A stretch of DNA of 64,000 nucleotides from Mobula hypostoma (Eukaryota), in contig NC_086109.1 in the NCBI RefSeq assembly GCF_963921235.1, forward strand, positions 26,662,001 to 26,726,000, given 5' to 3'. The stretch's first letter is position 1; every line of letters starts with the position of its first letter. The notes beneath the pieces were generated by a model, which was not told where the DNA came from, made no database searches, and worked only from the letters and a program-made list of their open reading frames with translations. Below, in pieces: positions 11,723-24,887 of this stretch. The position numbers and the translations under genes were made by a program.

Positions 11723-13181
11723 CGGAGAGCTTTAAGTTTTTTTTTGTTGGGGAATAGAAGTGTATTGAGACTGGATATCTATGGTGAAAATGAGGTGATC
11801 AGGGCCGGAGAATTGAAAGTTGTTGAGAAGATTGAGAACATGTGAAGTTCGCAGAAGTAAGCGAGAAGGGATTAAAGCAAACAGGATAAAATGGAGTCAA
11901 GGTATATGGACACGAGTTCAGTGAGGCAGGAACAGGCAGAAATAATGGACCTACCCATACAGTTCAGTTTGTGGATCTTGGGCAGGTGGTAGAATCAAGT
12001 GTTGCAGGGTATGGGAGTTCTGAGGTCAGTGTCTGTGGATGAAAGATCTCCACAGTTCATGAGGTTGGCAATGGTGTTGGAGACAATTTTCTGATGGTCC
12101 TGAGTGGGGTCCTTTTCAAGGCGTAACTATAAGGAGGTGAAGGAGACTTTCTGCCTCTCCTCAGCAAGGCAGAGGTTGGTCTGCAAGACTACAATGGCAC
12201 CCCCTTTGTCTGTGGGATTGATGATGAGGTTGGGATTGGTGTGGAGAGAATGGACAGCAGTGCATTCAGAGGGGGTAAGGTTTGAAGAGGAGTGCTGAAG
12301 TCGAGCTGGTTGATGTCTCGTTGGTGATTAGATGTGAAGATCCAGGGCAGACAGAGGACCAGAGCTTAGTGTTGAAGAGGGGGAAGGTTGGAGGTGGGAG
12401 AAGGGATCATTGGTGAGGAGAGGGATGATTTTAAGATTTCCAACATTGCGTTAAAACCTCCATGTTGTTCCTGCTATATCCAGCCTCCATTATCTCCTTC
12501 TGATTCTGTCCTGGAATGAATCTCCCAGCTTTCCACTCATTTGGTGGTCACCACATTGCTCTTTGTCTGTTCTCTGGTCCTCTCTCTTCACATCTTTTCC
12601 CAGCCTTCAGACCACACCTTGAGTCTCCTAGTTTGACTTCTTTTTGATCTCCCTTTATCTCCTCGTGCTAAGTTTGATTTAGCCATTTAAGTAAGGTGTG
12701 TTAACAATACCGTTGATGAAAAGCAAATCTTACAAGTATCGGCTTGTAAATGTCCCTGGAGGAGTTCTCCTGATAATGAAAAATGACTGCTCTTGAAGAT
12801 TATAAATTTGTGCACGTAGATAATTGCAGGGTTAGGATGAGCTAAGTTTCCGTCATTGGTTCTTTCTTTTCGCTGCAGTTGAATAGTTCATGTTGAAAAA
12901 TTTATTACAGAGACCATCCAGGGGCAAACTTGGGCTCCATTGAAAGATTCCCCCTCATTAAATAATCTGTTATCACTTGCCATCCATAACATAAGGTGAG
13001 AAACTGTCATGTGATATGAGACACAAATGAGTCAAGATTAGGCGCAGATCAAAAAGTATGATTTTCTAGGTTTATTCAACACTTTTAGCAGAAGAGTTAC
13101 AAAAAGAAACTGATGACACTTTTATATATGAGAATTATCCTGTAATCCCTTTAATTCCAAGCACATAACCTTGAATGGATA

Positions 13182-14860
13182 TTCAAAGTAAATTTATTAT
13201 CAAAGTATATAAATGCCACTATATACAACCCTGCGATTCATTTTCTTGCAGGCATACCCTATAAATCCATAATAGAATAATAACCATAACAGAATTAGTG
13301 ATCTCAATTTGGGTGTTCAACCAATGTGCAAAAGACAGCAAACTATACAAATACAAAAAGAAATGATGTTAATAAATAAGCAATAACTGTTGAAAACATG
13401 AGATGAAGTGTCCTTGAAAGTGAGTCCATAGGTTGTGGGAACATTTCAAAGATGGGGCAAGTGAAGTTGAGTGAAGCTATCCTCTGTGGTTCAAGAGCCT
13501 GATGGTTGAGGGGTAATAATTGTTCCTCAACCTGGTAGTGTGAGTCCTGAGGTTCCTGTACCACCTTCCCGATGGCAGTAGTGAGAAGAGAACATATCTT
13601 AAGTAGTGGGGGACCCAGGATGCTACTTTCCTGCGACAGCTTTTCGTATAGATGTGCTCAACGGTGGGGAGAACTTTACCTGTGATGGAATGGGGCTTGT
13701 ACACTACTTCTTGTAGAATTTTCCATTCAAGGATATTGATGTTTCCATACCAGGCTGTGATGTTGTCAGTCAATATGCTGTCCAGTAGACATCTATAGAA
13801 GTTGGTCAAAATTTTAGCTGTCATGCTGAATCTTGGCAAACTCCTAAAGAAGCAAAAGCGCTGATGTTCTCTCATCGTAATTGCACTTAAGTGCTGGACC
13901 CAGGACAGGTCCTCAAAAATAATAACACCAAGGAATTTAAAGTTGATGACCCTCTCTGCCTCTGATCCATCAATGAGGACTGGCTCATGAACCCCTGGTT
14001 TCCCCCTCCTGAAGCCAGTAATCGGCTCTTTCATCTTGCTGACATAGAGTAAGAGGTTGCTGTTGTGGCATCACTTAACCAGACTTTCAACTTCCCTCCT
14101 ATATGCAGATTTGTCATCACCTTTGATTTGGCCGTTGACTGTGGTATCATCAGCAAACTTGAATATGGCATTGGAACTGTGCTGAGTCACAAAGTCATAA
14201 GTATGAAGCAAGTAGAGCAGGTGATAAGCACACAGCCTTGTGGTGCACCACAAGCCAGTTCTGATGGAGATTGTGGGGGAGATGTTGTTGCCAATCCAAA
14301 CTGATTGAGTTTGCAAGTGAGGAAAGCGAGAATCCAATTGCACAAGGAGGTATTGAGGTCAAGATTTTGAAGCTTATTGATTAGTTTTTGAGGGGATGAT
14401 GGTAATGAATGCTGAGTTGTAACTAATAAAGAGCATCCTGATGTATACATCTTTGCTGTCCAGATGTTCCAGGTTTGAGGAAGATCAAATGAAATAGCAT
14501 CTGGTGTGAACCTGGTGTTCCAATAGGCAAATTGGAGCAGATCCATGTTGCATCTCAGTCAGGAGTTGATATGTTTCATTACCAACCTCTCAAAATAGTT
14601 TGTTACTGTGGGTGTAAGTGCTACTGGACGATAGTTATTGAGGCAGGTTACCATGTTCTTCTCAGGCACTGGTATAATTCAAGCCCGCTTGAAACCGGTT
14701 GGGTACCTCAGACAGCCGAAGCGGGAGGTTAAAGATCTCAGTGATCTCTCCAGCCCGTTGATCAGCTCAGGTTTTAGTTCTTGGCCAGGTACCTCCTCTG
14801 GGCCAGATGCTTTTCGTGTGTTCTCCCTCCTGAAGGCTGCTCACACACCTTCAGAAGATT
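13182..14860 (-). mobile_element. Rex1/Babar-type LINE, 5'-truncated and decayed
   Basis: MDLLQFAY, NTSLCNWIL, GAPQGCVL, IFKFADDTTV, FKFLGVII, LTNFYRC, ITAWYGN, LLPSGR; 3' tail AATAAATTTACTTTGAA on the minus strand. Confidence 0.9.
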
Positions 14861-15089
14861 GCATAGCCATTCACCGCCTAAGGCACATAAAAAATTCTGG
14901 GTCTTTTCACGTCTTATGAGGGCAGAGATGATTTTTGGCTTGCTTTTCTTTATTGAAAGTGGCCTTGAAAGCTTTGCCTTCCCTCTCCCCTCAACACTCG
15001 CATTTGTCATCAATAGCACCTGATCAGATCATACTGCTGCTTCCTGTTTAGAAGAAGAACATGTTGTAATGAGACTGCAAATGAATGAA

Positions 15090-15760
15090 GTACAGAGGGA
15101 AGTAAGTCTTCTAGTGCATGAATCACAAGAAGTCTGATGCAGCAAGTAATTAAGAGGGAAAATGGCACCTTGACCTTTATTGCAAAAGGATTGGAGTTTA
15201 AAATAAGGAAGTTTTGTAACAGTTGTATCTCATGTTGGTGAGGGGTACAGCTCTCGGTTTGCCACTGTATCCTTAAATATTACCTAAATAAGGATATCAT
15301 AGTATTGGAGGCAGTCCAAATGAGATTCACCAAGCTAATTAGATGAATGAAGGGTCTGTACTTCGAGTTTGTATTCTCCAGGGGTTAGAAGAATGAGAGA
15401 TGACCTTACTGAGGCTTATAAAATCCTGAAGGTTCTTGTCAGGGATGATGTTGAGATACTTCCATGAATGGAAGTATCATTGATGAGATGACAGAATTAC
15501 AAAGAAAAGGCTGATAATTTAAAATAGGGGTAGGGTGGTGATTCTCTGGAATTCTGTACCCCATGACATTGTGGAAGCCAGGTCACGTTTAAGGTGGTGG
15601 TGGATAAATTTGTGTCATCGTGAGTAATGGAAGGTAATGGGGTACTAGCACAGAAGAGGAGATGAGTTCAGCATTGACCAACCATTATCTTATGGAATAA
15701 CATGGTAGGCTTGAAGGGACAGCCAGTCTATTCCTGATACTATTTTCCTGTGTTCTCATA
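15090..15760 (+). mobile_element. Old CR1-clade LINE 3' fragment
   Basis: Degenerate colinearity with the CR1 at 15896 (GCAAAAGGATTGGAGTTTAAA, AGAAGAATGAGAGATGACCTT, CTCTGGAATTCT, CTATTCCTGATACTATTTTCCTGTGTT tail). Confidence 0.65.
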
Positions 15761-15895
15761 GTTCCCCTTTTGCTCTTTTTGAGCTCATCTTGCCATGAGA
15801 TCCTCCTGCTGCTCCTTAGATCCACTTCTCAGTAAACTGATCAACTATGACCTTTCCAGGCCTGATCCTTTTATAACCCCTGGCCCAGCTCGAGC

Positions 15896-16871
15896 AATAT
15901 ATATTAATGACTTGGATGAGGGAATTAAATGCAGCATCTCCAAGTTTGCAGATGACACGAAGCTGGGCGGCAGTGTTAGCTGTGAGGAGGATGCTAAGAG
16001 GATGCAGGGTGACTTGGATAGGTTAGGTGAGTGGGCAAATTCATGGCAGATGCAATTTAATGTGGATTAATGTGAGGTTATCCACTTTGGTGGCAAAAAC
16101 AGGAAAACATTATTATCTGAATGGTGGCTGATTAGGAAAAGGGGAGGTGCAATGAGACCTGGGTGTCATTATACACCAGTCATTGAAAGTGGGCATGCAG
16201 GTACAACAGGCGGTGAAAAAGGCATGGTATGCTGGCATTTATAGCAAGAGGATTCGAGAACAGGAGCAGGGAGGTACTACTGCAGTTGTACAAGGCCTTG
16301 GTGAGACCACACCTGGAGTATTGTGTGCAGTATTTGGTCCCCTAATCTGAGGAAAGACATCCTTGCCATAGAGGGAATACAAAGAAGGTTAACCAGATTG
16401 ATTCCTGGGATTACAGGACTTTCATATGAAGAAAGACTGGATGAACTAGGCTTATACTCGTTGGAATTTAGAAGATTGAGGGGGGATCTTATTGAAACGT
16501 ATAAAATCCTAAAGGGATTGGACAGGCTAGATGCAGGTAGATTGTTCCCGATGTTGGGGAAGTCCAGAACGAGGGGTCACAGTCTGAGGATAAAGGGGAA
16601 GCCTTTTGGGACCAAGATTAGGAAAAACTTTTTCACACAGAGAGTGGTGAATCTGTGGAATTCTCTGCCACAGGAAACAGTTGAGGCCAGTTCATTGGCT
16701 ATATTTAAGAGGGAGTTAGATATGGCCCTTGTGGCTGAAGGCATCAGGGGGTATGGAGGGAAGACTGGTACAGGGTTCTGAGTTGGATGATCAGCCATGA
16801 TCATACTGAATGGCGGTGCAGGCTCGAAGGGCTGAATGGCCTACTCCTGCACCTATTTTCTATGTTTCTAT
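15896..16871 (+). mobile_element. Young 5'-truncated CR1-clade LINE
   Basis: IYINDLDEG..SKFADDTKLGG..MQFNVD, WSPNLRKD..RRLRGDLIETYKI..FFTQRVVNLWNSLP; tail CTCCTGCACCTATTTTCTATGTTTCTAT. Confidence 0.93.
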
Positions 16872-18030
16872 CTTTTTGCTTTCTCAAGTCCTTTGCTGCC
16901 ACATCCCAAATCCATGCATGTTTTTGCCAGAGTTCAGTATTTGGATGCATCCAATGACATTTCTTCCAGACTGAAATGGAGCTCATCAAAATCACAATTA
17001 ATAACATATATTTAAGAGACTCTTTGATAGACACATGGATGGGGAAAAATGGAGGGGGATGTTGGCGGGAAGGATGAGATTAACCTTGGAGTAGTTGAAG
17101 GATTGGCGCAATATTTTGTCCCAAAGGGCCTACACTTTACAGTGCATTGCACTGTACTGTACTATATGGGTTGTAGCACAATAAAATATTATTTCTTATC
17201 CTTCAGAATCTCACATTGACTTGATTGACCAGCTTTTTTTTTTCAACACTTCTCCACCATTGTTAATTTAGGTGGGATTTCATCTTCTGATGCCATATCA
17301 TTACCTCTTCTACTCACTCCCACTCTGCCCTCTGTAAACCTGAAAATACTCTACCTGGTGGAACTTTTTTATCTGTTTGCTGCCTGTAAATTTTCACACT
17401 CTTATTTGACTTCTGGATTTCCTCTTCTGGACATTTCCCCCCCCCCCCCCACCCCCCAAATAGAAGTTGGGTAGTTTGAAGCCATTATTTGGCTGCTGCC
17501 ACCAACTCTTCTCTCTAGTACCAAATTGATAAATCTAAGCAATAGTGCGCAATAGATGAACCATCACTAAAATTGCCTGAGTACAGTTGCACCTCTGTGA
17601 AATTGACTCTGCTCATCATTAAGAATGCTTCAACACCTTTGTTCCTTTAGACTTGAGTACATTGACAAGTGTACCACCTGCAACCATCACGAACACGTAA
17701 TTAACATGCCATCACCCAAAATTCAGCTGGAGTCTTGATGGGGTCCATGTCACGTGGGGGAATATTCGCCATTCACCCTGTGTATGTTGATCTCTGTTGA
17801 CTCCTGTTTAAATATTGCTTTGATAGTAAAATTTGCCTAGTTTTCTTTTCAAATTGGTTCATGGACCCAACCTCTCTAGTTCTTTAATTCTCCAGCCCTA
17901 CTGTATTTGCTTTCACTGTTTTTGATCATTGGTGCACATGCCTTCAGTTTTCAGGATTGTAAACTTCAGAATCACCTCCCTAAACTTTCAGCATCTCCAT
18001 CTCTTTTTCCCCTTTCAGATCCTTCTTAAA
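16872..18030 (+). mobile_element. Ancient L2-like LINE remnants, interrupted by a CR1 tail at about 17010-17170
   Basis: Weak ORF2-like pieces (TEMELIKIT resembling TETALIKVTND) and an L2-like 3' region (GCCTTCAG..CAGAATCACCTCCCTAAAC). Highly degenerate. Confidence 0.4.
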
Positions 18031-18874
18031 CCTTGGATGAATAGCTGATCGGCAGATGGAGGAAGGGTTGCTGAAAACAGTGACAGATGTTGGGAGTGAC
18101 AGACAGTCACTCCTCCTTGATGGCATCCATCTATTGCTTGCCAGCTCTTGCTCCACCTCTTCCCCTCATCTCTTTCTGCAGGCCTTTACTCTTTTAAGTC
18201 CAGAGGACCTGGAGTCTCTCACGTGTTCTCCTTGATTTTCTCACTTACACGTTGCATTTTGTGTACTGCTTCCTCTGTCAGCAACCTTTAACCTCCATCT
18301 TAATAAAGCAACCGACTTTCGAATCCTGCAGCAATGCTTTCAGTATAACTGTGATGGCAGCTTAAAAGAAACCTCAGACGTGAGACCTGAACAAATGGAT
18401 GGCCAGAGGGAGCTTGGTTTTGTTCTTCTGCTTGTGCACATCATTTCTTCTTTTGTCTGCTAAGCATAGGGCTTATTTTAGATTACATCAAAAAAAAAAC
18501 GAACTACCTTTATCATGCCCTTGATTAAGCTGCATTTTTTTTGCTGTCTTTCAAATGCAAATGATGTTGCTGGGAGATCATTTATTCCCATGTTCCCATC
18601 TCACTCAAGGCTTTAAAACAATACAAACCCTACCACGATAATTCATTTGTGTTTGTGGTTTGATCAGAATCTATTCCTACATATTATAAAGGCATTTGCT
18701 CTGCTTGTTGTAATTATATGGCCCTCATGTTGCTTTGATGTACATTGTGATTATGTAGGTTACAAAGAATTAGTAATATTGATTCTAGCATTAATATATA
18801 GCAGCATCTCTTTTATGACATGATGAATGCTTGATAATTTTAGTGCTTTCCTTTTTTCCCAATAAGCACAATGT

Positions 18875-19850
18875 AGAAACATAGTCATAGAACACTACAG
18901 CTCAGAAACAAGCTCTTTGGCCAATCTAGTTTATGTTGGCTTGCTGTTCTGGCTAATGCCATCTACAGTACCTGCACCCAGATCATAGCCCCCCATACCT
19001 CTGTCATCCATATACCTATCCAAGCTTCTTTTAACTATTTCAATGGAACTTGCATCTTTTACCCTAAATCTATGACCTCTAGTTCTGGTCTCGTAATTTT
19101 GTGTGTCTCTATAAGATTTCCCTCATACTCCTGAAGTCCAGTGAATAAAGTCCTAACCTGTTCAACCTTTCCCTCTCACTCAGGCCCTCAAGTCCTGGCA
19201 ACAGCCTTGTACATATTCTCTGCACTCTTTTCAGCTTATTGATATATTTGATATATATAAGTAAGCAGAACTGCACACAATACTCCAAATTAGGCCTCAC
19301 CAGCATCATATATGTCTTCAACATAACACCCCAACTCCTGTACTCGATGCCCTGATTATGAAGGCCAAAGTGCTAAAAGATCACTTTATGTCCCTATCTA
19401 CCAGTGATGCCAGTTTCAAGGAACTGTGGATCTGTTTTCCCAGGTCTCCTCCTCCTACTGCACACCTCAGTGCTCTATCATTCACTGTGCAAGGCTTACC
19501 CTAGTCTGTTCTCCCAAAGTGCAACACCTCACGCTTGTCTATATTAAATCCCGTCTGCCATTTTCAGCCCACTTTCTCAGATGGTCCAAATCACTTTGCA
19601 AGCCTTGAAGATCTTCCTTGTTGTCCACTTATGCCCCCAGTCGTCTGCAAACTTGTTGATCTGGTTCATCAGTAGCATCTAAGTCATTAATTATAGATGT
19701 TAAACAACAGTGGAGTCAGCACTGATCCCTGTAGCACACGACTAGCACAGACCTCCAGTCTGAAAGACAATCATTTGCTACCATTTTCAGGCTGCTTCTG
19801 CTTAGCAAGTGTTGTATTCAATTGACTACTCCATCCTGAATGCTAATAGT
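18875..19850 (-). mobile_element. CR1-clade LINE fragment
   Basis: Minus ORF LVRPNLEYCVQFC..LKRVQRICTRLLPGLEGLSERERLNRLGLYSL. Confidence 0.85.
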
Positions 19851-20884
19851 TCATTGGAACACTCAGCCTACCTGAATAATAGCTGTAACAACGCAATGGG
19901 GTGAGCAAGAATGGAGCTGGACTCTTGAATTCTACAATCTACTGAATCTCAGGAGCATTCACAGCCAGACTCTCCTCTAACCCAATTTCTTAGAATCCAA
20001 TGTTCTGCTTGTCACTAGATTGGCAGTAGACATTGTCTCCATGTCCACCTAAGCCCCTTGATTAATTTTATTTACCCCACCTGCCACTGTGAGATCAGTT
20101 TAAGCAACCCTGGGCACCTTTTCCACACCTCAAGATGTTTTTGCTCATTTTATTTTGCTTTGCTTCCTCTGTAGATGAATGAGAGTTGGGTATGAGGACT
20201 GAGTCACCGGCAGAAATCAAATATTCTTCCAGTCAGAGCCTTCCAAACAAGATCACTTTCTGATGCTTAAGTTCAGTAATGTAGACGTTTAGTAATTTGA
20301 GATAATATCAAGTTAAGATTAAATTTTGATTGTTTATCATATGATCAAAGTGTACCTCCCTTTTTCCGTAAGGGGGTGAGTGATTACTCTGCAGCATATT
20401 GTAGACTCAGAGTCGTACAGCATGGAAACAGACCCCTCAGGCTGCCACATCCACTCCAACCATTTGTTTTCGTCCCATCCTCATGTTCTTAACATAAGCC
20501 CTCCAAGCCTAGGCAGTTCTACTGCTCATCTAAGCACTTAAATGCTGTTAGAGACTCTGCCTCCACCATTATCTCATGTAGTGTAATCTAAGTTCTCTTT
20601 CACCCAGAGAATCGCCTCTAGATCTCTTGCACCATTCAATTCTTCATCCTGTATTTGGAGCTGAATGCTGAATGTATGTAGTTGTACTTTCATGGAAGAT
20701 CTTATCTGAAAATGAATTTGGAGGGACAAATCCATAACAGTCTGGAAAGTGAAACAATTAATGTATTATTCATACAAAGCAGCACTTTCCTGCCACTGTC
20801 AACTTGAGCCGCACAGACTACAGCACTCCATTCAGATAAAATTTAAAATCTGTCGCGTCTGAGATCAGACTGTAACATTTTGGA

Positions 20885-21080
20885 CGCACAAGATTCTGCA
20901 GATGCTGGAAAACTTGAGCAACATGCATAAAATGTTGGAGGAACTCAGAAAGCTAGGCAGCATCTGTGAAGGGAAATAATCAGATAATGTTCCGAGCCGA
21001 TGAAGGGTCTCAGCTTGAAACTTCAACTGTTTATTCCTCTTTATTCCCCTTGCTCATTTCCTCCAGTGTTTTGTGTGTGT
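20885..21080. mobile_element. Fold-back Penelope-like mini-insertion with 14-bp TSD
   Basis: TGTAACATTTTGGA (20871-84) and TGTAATATTTTGGA (21081-94); core-like CCGATGAAGGGTCTCAGCTTGAAAC. Confidence 0.8.
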
Positions 21081-21589
21081 TGTAATATTTTGGAGTTATT
21101 TTATGGTTTATCTATCCTGCTTATTCACTGGGGTTCATTTCATGCTGGTACTGTTCCAAATTAAAGTATTATGATTATTGTCAGAATCAGGTTTATTATC
21201 ACTAACATGTGACTTGAAATTTGTTAACTTTGCAGCAGCAGTTCAATGCAATACATAATATAGAAGAAAAAAATTAAAAATAATATATAAGTAAATCAAT
21301 TACAGTATAAATATATTGAATAGATTTAAAATCATGCATAAAAACAGAAATATTGTATATTTAAAAAAGTGAGGTAGTATCCAAGGGTTCAATGTCCATT
21401 TATTGTATGGCTAATCCTCATAGAATGTCCGCTATCAGCTATTGCCCATTGGAGTGACACAATGAAAGATTTGACTTTTTATGTGGCCAACAACTGGCAG
21501 AGTCTTTATGGGTCCTTTGGTTTCTCTGCTTAAAATGTGTTAAGTCATATCCCTGTGGGCAAGAGGATACAACAAAGAAGATCCCTGAG

Positions 21590-22070
21590 GATTTCAGTGG
21601 GTTAGACAGTATCTACAGAAGGAGATGGAGAGTCATGGCTTTGAGTTAAGAATCTTCATCTGGCCTGAAAGAGTAGTGGGGAGATGGCCAGTATAAAGAG
21701 ATGAGGGGAAAAGATGGAGTGAGAGCTGGAAAGTGATAGGTGGATCCAAGTTAGGAGGGGAGATGAGCATATAGGGGAGGAGGGAGGCAAAATTGTGACA
21801 AAAGCTGGGACATAATGGGTGGAGGCAGCAAGGGCTGCAGACATGGAAGAGAAAGGGGAGAATGGAACGAAATAAGGGAGGTGGATGGGCAGAGGGGACC
21901 CAGTAGGAGGAGAGTGTGGATGATGAACAGATAGATGAGTGGAGGAGGGGTAAAGAGGGGGAAAGAAACAGGGCGATGAGAATGCGGGGGTGGTGTGGGA
22001 GGAACTGGGTACATCGGGAGGAGGGAAGAGAAACAGAGAGGTAGCAGTTTACCTAATATTGGAAAATTTG
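21590..22070 (-). mobile_element. Penelope-like 3' UTR or terminal repeat fragment (purine-rich on +)
   Basis: Composition and motifs (TGATAGGTGGA, GATGGAG) parallel 62300-62600; ends in a degenerate core-like CTTCATCTGG. Confidence 0.55.
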
Positions 22071-22764
22071 AAGAGTGTTCTAAGTTTCATCTTCAGTATT
22101 TAACCAGATTGCTTTCTGTCAGAATGAAGCTGTATTCGGCTCTGCTAGTCTTGGACTAACAAAGATGGAATAAGATTTAAATGTGTGGTTGAAATGTGTT
22201 TCTTTTCATGAAGCAATGACACCAGTTCTGGGAAGCTGGTGTCATTGGGGAAAGTGTGACTTGTACTGTTGATACCAGTATTCCAGCAATAGAAGTAGCG
22301 AGGCTTTTAAACCAAATAGGAGTTGCAAAGAATAAAAACTGTAAAAACTGTTACTGTATATTAATATGGGAAATAATAAACTCGTAGTGCCAAGGGGGAG
22401 AGTACCTAGTTTGTAAAAAATGTAGTAGATATGGCTGACAGATGCAAAAGAAATAGAAGGACAAGATTAAACTCCCTGACTGTACCTAGCATTAGAAAAA
22501 AGGGTGAAATGAGATTGTACATGGAAAGAATTTAGCTTGGTTTAGCAGTTATTTTAGAGGCAATGCTGTGGGATGGCACAGATCAGAACCTGAAGACAGG
22601 AAGCTAGGAAAGGATGGAAAGTCTGCTGCTAAATAATGGTGATCAGAGCAGTGGAGAGGAATAACTTCAAGTTTGGAAAATTAACATTGAAAAGCAAAAT
22701 AATAAAGGCAAGAAATAGTCAACCGAATGCATGCTGCACAGACCCTAGAAAATTTCAAAGCACG

Positions 22765-23190
22765 AAGTTCAAAGTATGTGTATGTTACTGTATACTACCT
22801 TGAGATTTATTTTCATGCAGGCATTACAGGGAAGTAAAGAAATAAAACAGAATTTCATAACTTGGCAAAGACTGATAACCAATGTGCAAAAAAAAGGCAA
22901 GTGGAAAAAATGTGTAAATGGAAAAAAATAGTACTGAGAACGAGAGTTACAAAGAGTCCTAGTCAGTGAGTCTGTAGGTCATAGAATCAGTTCAGAGCTG
23001 TGCTTATCAAAGTTATCCACACTTGTTCCTAAGCACAATGTTTGTAGGATAATAACTGTCTCTGAACCTGGTGATGTGGAACCTAAGGTTTCTGAACCTC
23101 CTGCCTGATGTAAGTGACAAGAAGAGAGCATGCACTGGATGGTGAGGGTCTTTGATGATGGGTCCTGTTTTCTTGTTGAGAAGGCTTTGC
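22765..23190 (-). mobile_element. Rex1/Babar-type LINE 3' fragment
   Basis: IIKDPHHPVHALF..SGRRFRNLRFHITRFRDSYYP. Confidence 0.7.
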
Positions 23191-23319
23191 AATCTGACTA
23201 TGATTGTCAAGCATTGACTGAGTGTAAAGGAAGAAATAATGGGAGATTTTCAGTAAGGTAATATGATAATCATAGGTGATTTTATTTTACACAATAGATG
23301 TAGGAAATAATATAGAGTA

Positions 23320-24612
23320 TCTTACGCAAAAACTTAACAATGTTGATGAGCAGAGAGATCTTGGGGTCCAAGTTCACAGCTCCCTGAAAGTTGTTGATAA
23401 GGTTGTTAAGAAGGTATTTGGCATGTTTACCTTTATTAGTCAAGTCTTTGAGTTCAAAAATCAGGATGTTAGGTCAGGGGTCCCCAACCTTTTTTGCACC
23501 GCGGACCGGTTTAATATTGACAATATTCTTGCGGACCGGCCGACTGGCGGGGATGGGGGGTGGTGTTCAAGTAGGTTTGCCAACTTTCTCACTCCCAAAT
23601 AAGGGACAAAAGTAGCAGTCAAATATGAGACACTTGTGTTTACCCCAAGAAAGACTACCATGACCATGAAGCCTTACGCGGGCACCTGTGTGCGCATGTA
23701 TGTATGTGCCAATTATTTTTCTACAAATCGGTTTTAGCTTAATCTTCCCCATTCTGTTAAGTGAAACTACACTGTACATACATTATATCTACTTTATATA
23801 GGCTGTGTATTTATCATATCATTCCTGCTTTTACTGTATATTAGTGTTATTTTAGGTTTTATGTGTTATTTGGTATGATTTGGTAGGTTATTTCAAGTTC
23901 AACAATGCGTGACAGGGAAGGAGGAAAGGTGCAGCTGACTCGTATTGTTTCATATCGCCAAATCATATTGTTTCCTCGCAGCCCAGTAGCACATGCTTTG
24001 TGGCCCGGTACTGGTCCACGGCCCGGTGGTTGGGGACCACTGCGTTAGGTTACAGCTTTATAAAACTCTAGTTAGTCCACGTCTGAAGTATTGCATACAG
24101 TTCAGATCACCCCATTATAGGATGGATGTCGAAGCTTTAGAGCGGGTGCAGAAGAAGTTTACTACGATGCTACCTGTAACAAGGAGTTGGACAAACTTGG
24201 GTTGTTTACTCTGGAATGGTGGAGGTTGAGATCCAGTGGAGGTTTATAAGATTATGAGAGACATTATGGAGTAGACAGACAGTATCTTTTCCCCTATGTT
24301 GAAATATCTTAACACTAGAGGGCATGCATTTAAGGTAAGAGGAGGCCATTTCAAAGAAGATGTGAGGGCAGGTTTTTTTTACATATAGTGGTGGATACCT
24401 GGAATACGCTGCTTGGGGTGGTGTTAAAGACAAATACATTAGGGACATTTAAGGGAAGCTTAGATGGGCACATGAATGTGAGGAAAATGGAAGGGTGTGG
24501 ACGTGATGTAGGTAGAAGACATTAGTTAGCAATTTGATTACTAATTGAATTGGTTCAGCACAACATTGTGGGACGAAGGGCCTGTTCCTTTGCTGTACTG
24601 CTCTATGTTCTA
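23320..24612 (+). mobile_element. CR1-clade LINE fragment split by a hAT MITE
   Basis: EQRDLGVQVHSSLKV..KVVKKVFGM..FEFKNQDV, then the insertion, then RLQLYKTLVSPRLKYCIQFRSPHY..LERVQKKFT; tail GAAGGGCCTGTTCC..CTATGTTCTA. Confidence 0.85.
23475..24042. mobile_element. Non-autonomous hAT (Charlie-like) DNA transposon, 568 bp
   Basis: TIRs CAGGGGTCCCCAACC / GGTTGGGGACCACTG; 8-bp TSD TGTTAGGT (23467-74) and CGTTAGGT (24043-50). Confidence 0.92.
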
Positions 24613-24887
24613 AAGTCTTTTTGGCCGAGCTTTGGGGCACCTGTTATAACATATTCATAGCTCAGTATCAAATTTTGTGTCATTGCATCTTTGTCTTGGG
24701 TCATTTGGCTAAGTTAAATTCAATATACAAATGCACGTCGCAAGTATTAAACTAGTTGTGTACAAGTATTTGAGAAGAGTAATTCTGATGTAGTCCCTCT
24801 TGCCTTGAGGCATGCAACCTGCTACAATACTTGATTTCAAATGAAGTTAGAATCCTTGTCCGTGTCACCAGTTGCGCTAATGTGGTA

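Larger units (their letters stand above)
10255..12360 (-). mobile_element. Decayed Penelope-like retroelement (RT plus GIY-YIG endonuclease), interrupted at 11482-11722
   Basis: Minus-strand fragments: NLIINPTDKG, VGTFMGPNYA (GVAMGTRMGPSYA-like), CYTDKYIG (YIDD-like), FINFASNFHPAFKFT, IIRRNFHLLRQD, DIYCIH, LLEHLSSI, VVNHFTS, RLEEQHLIFRLGSLQ. Confidence 0.88.

Noticed and set aside
17437..17457. Poly-C run (and poly-G at about 53888-53901) as a functional G-quadruplex
   Set aside because: These are simple homopolymers with no supporting context, and their length is error-prone in assemblies.
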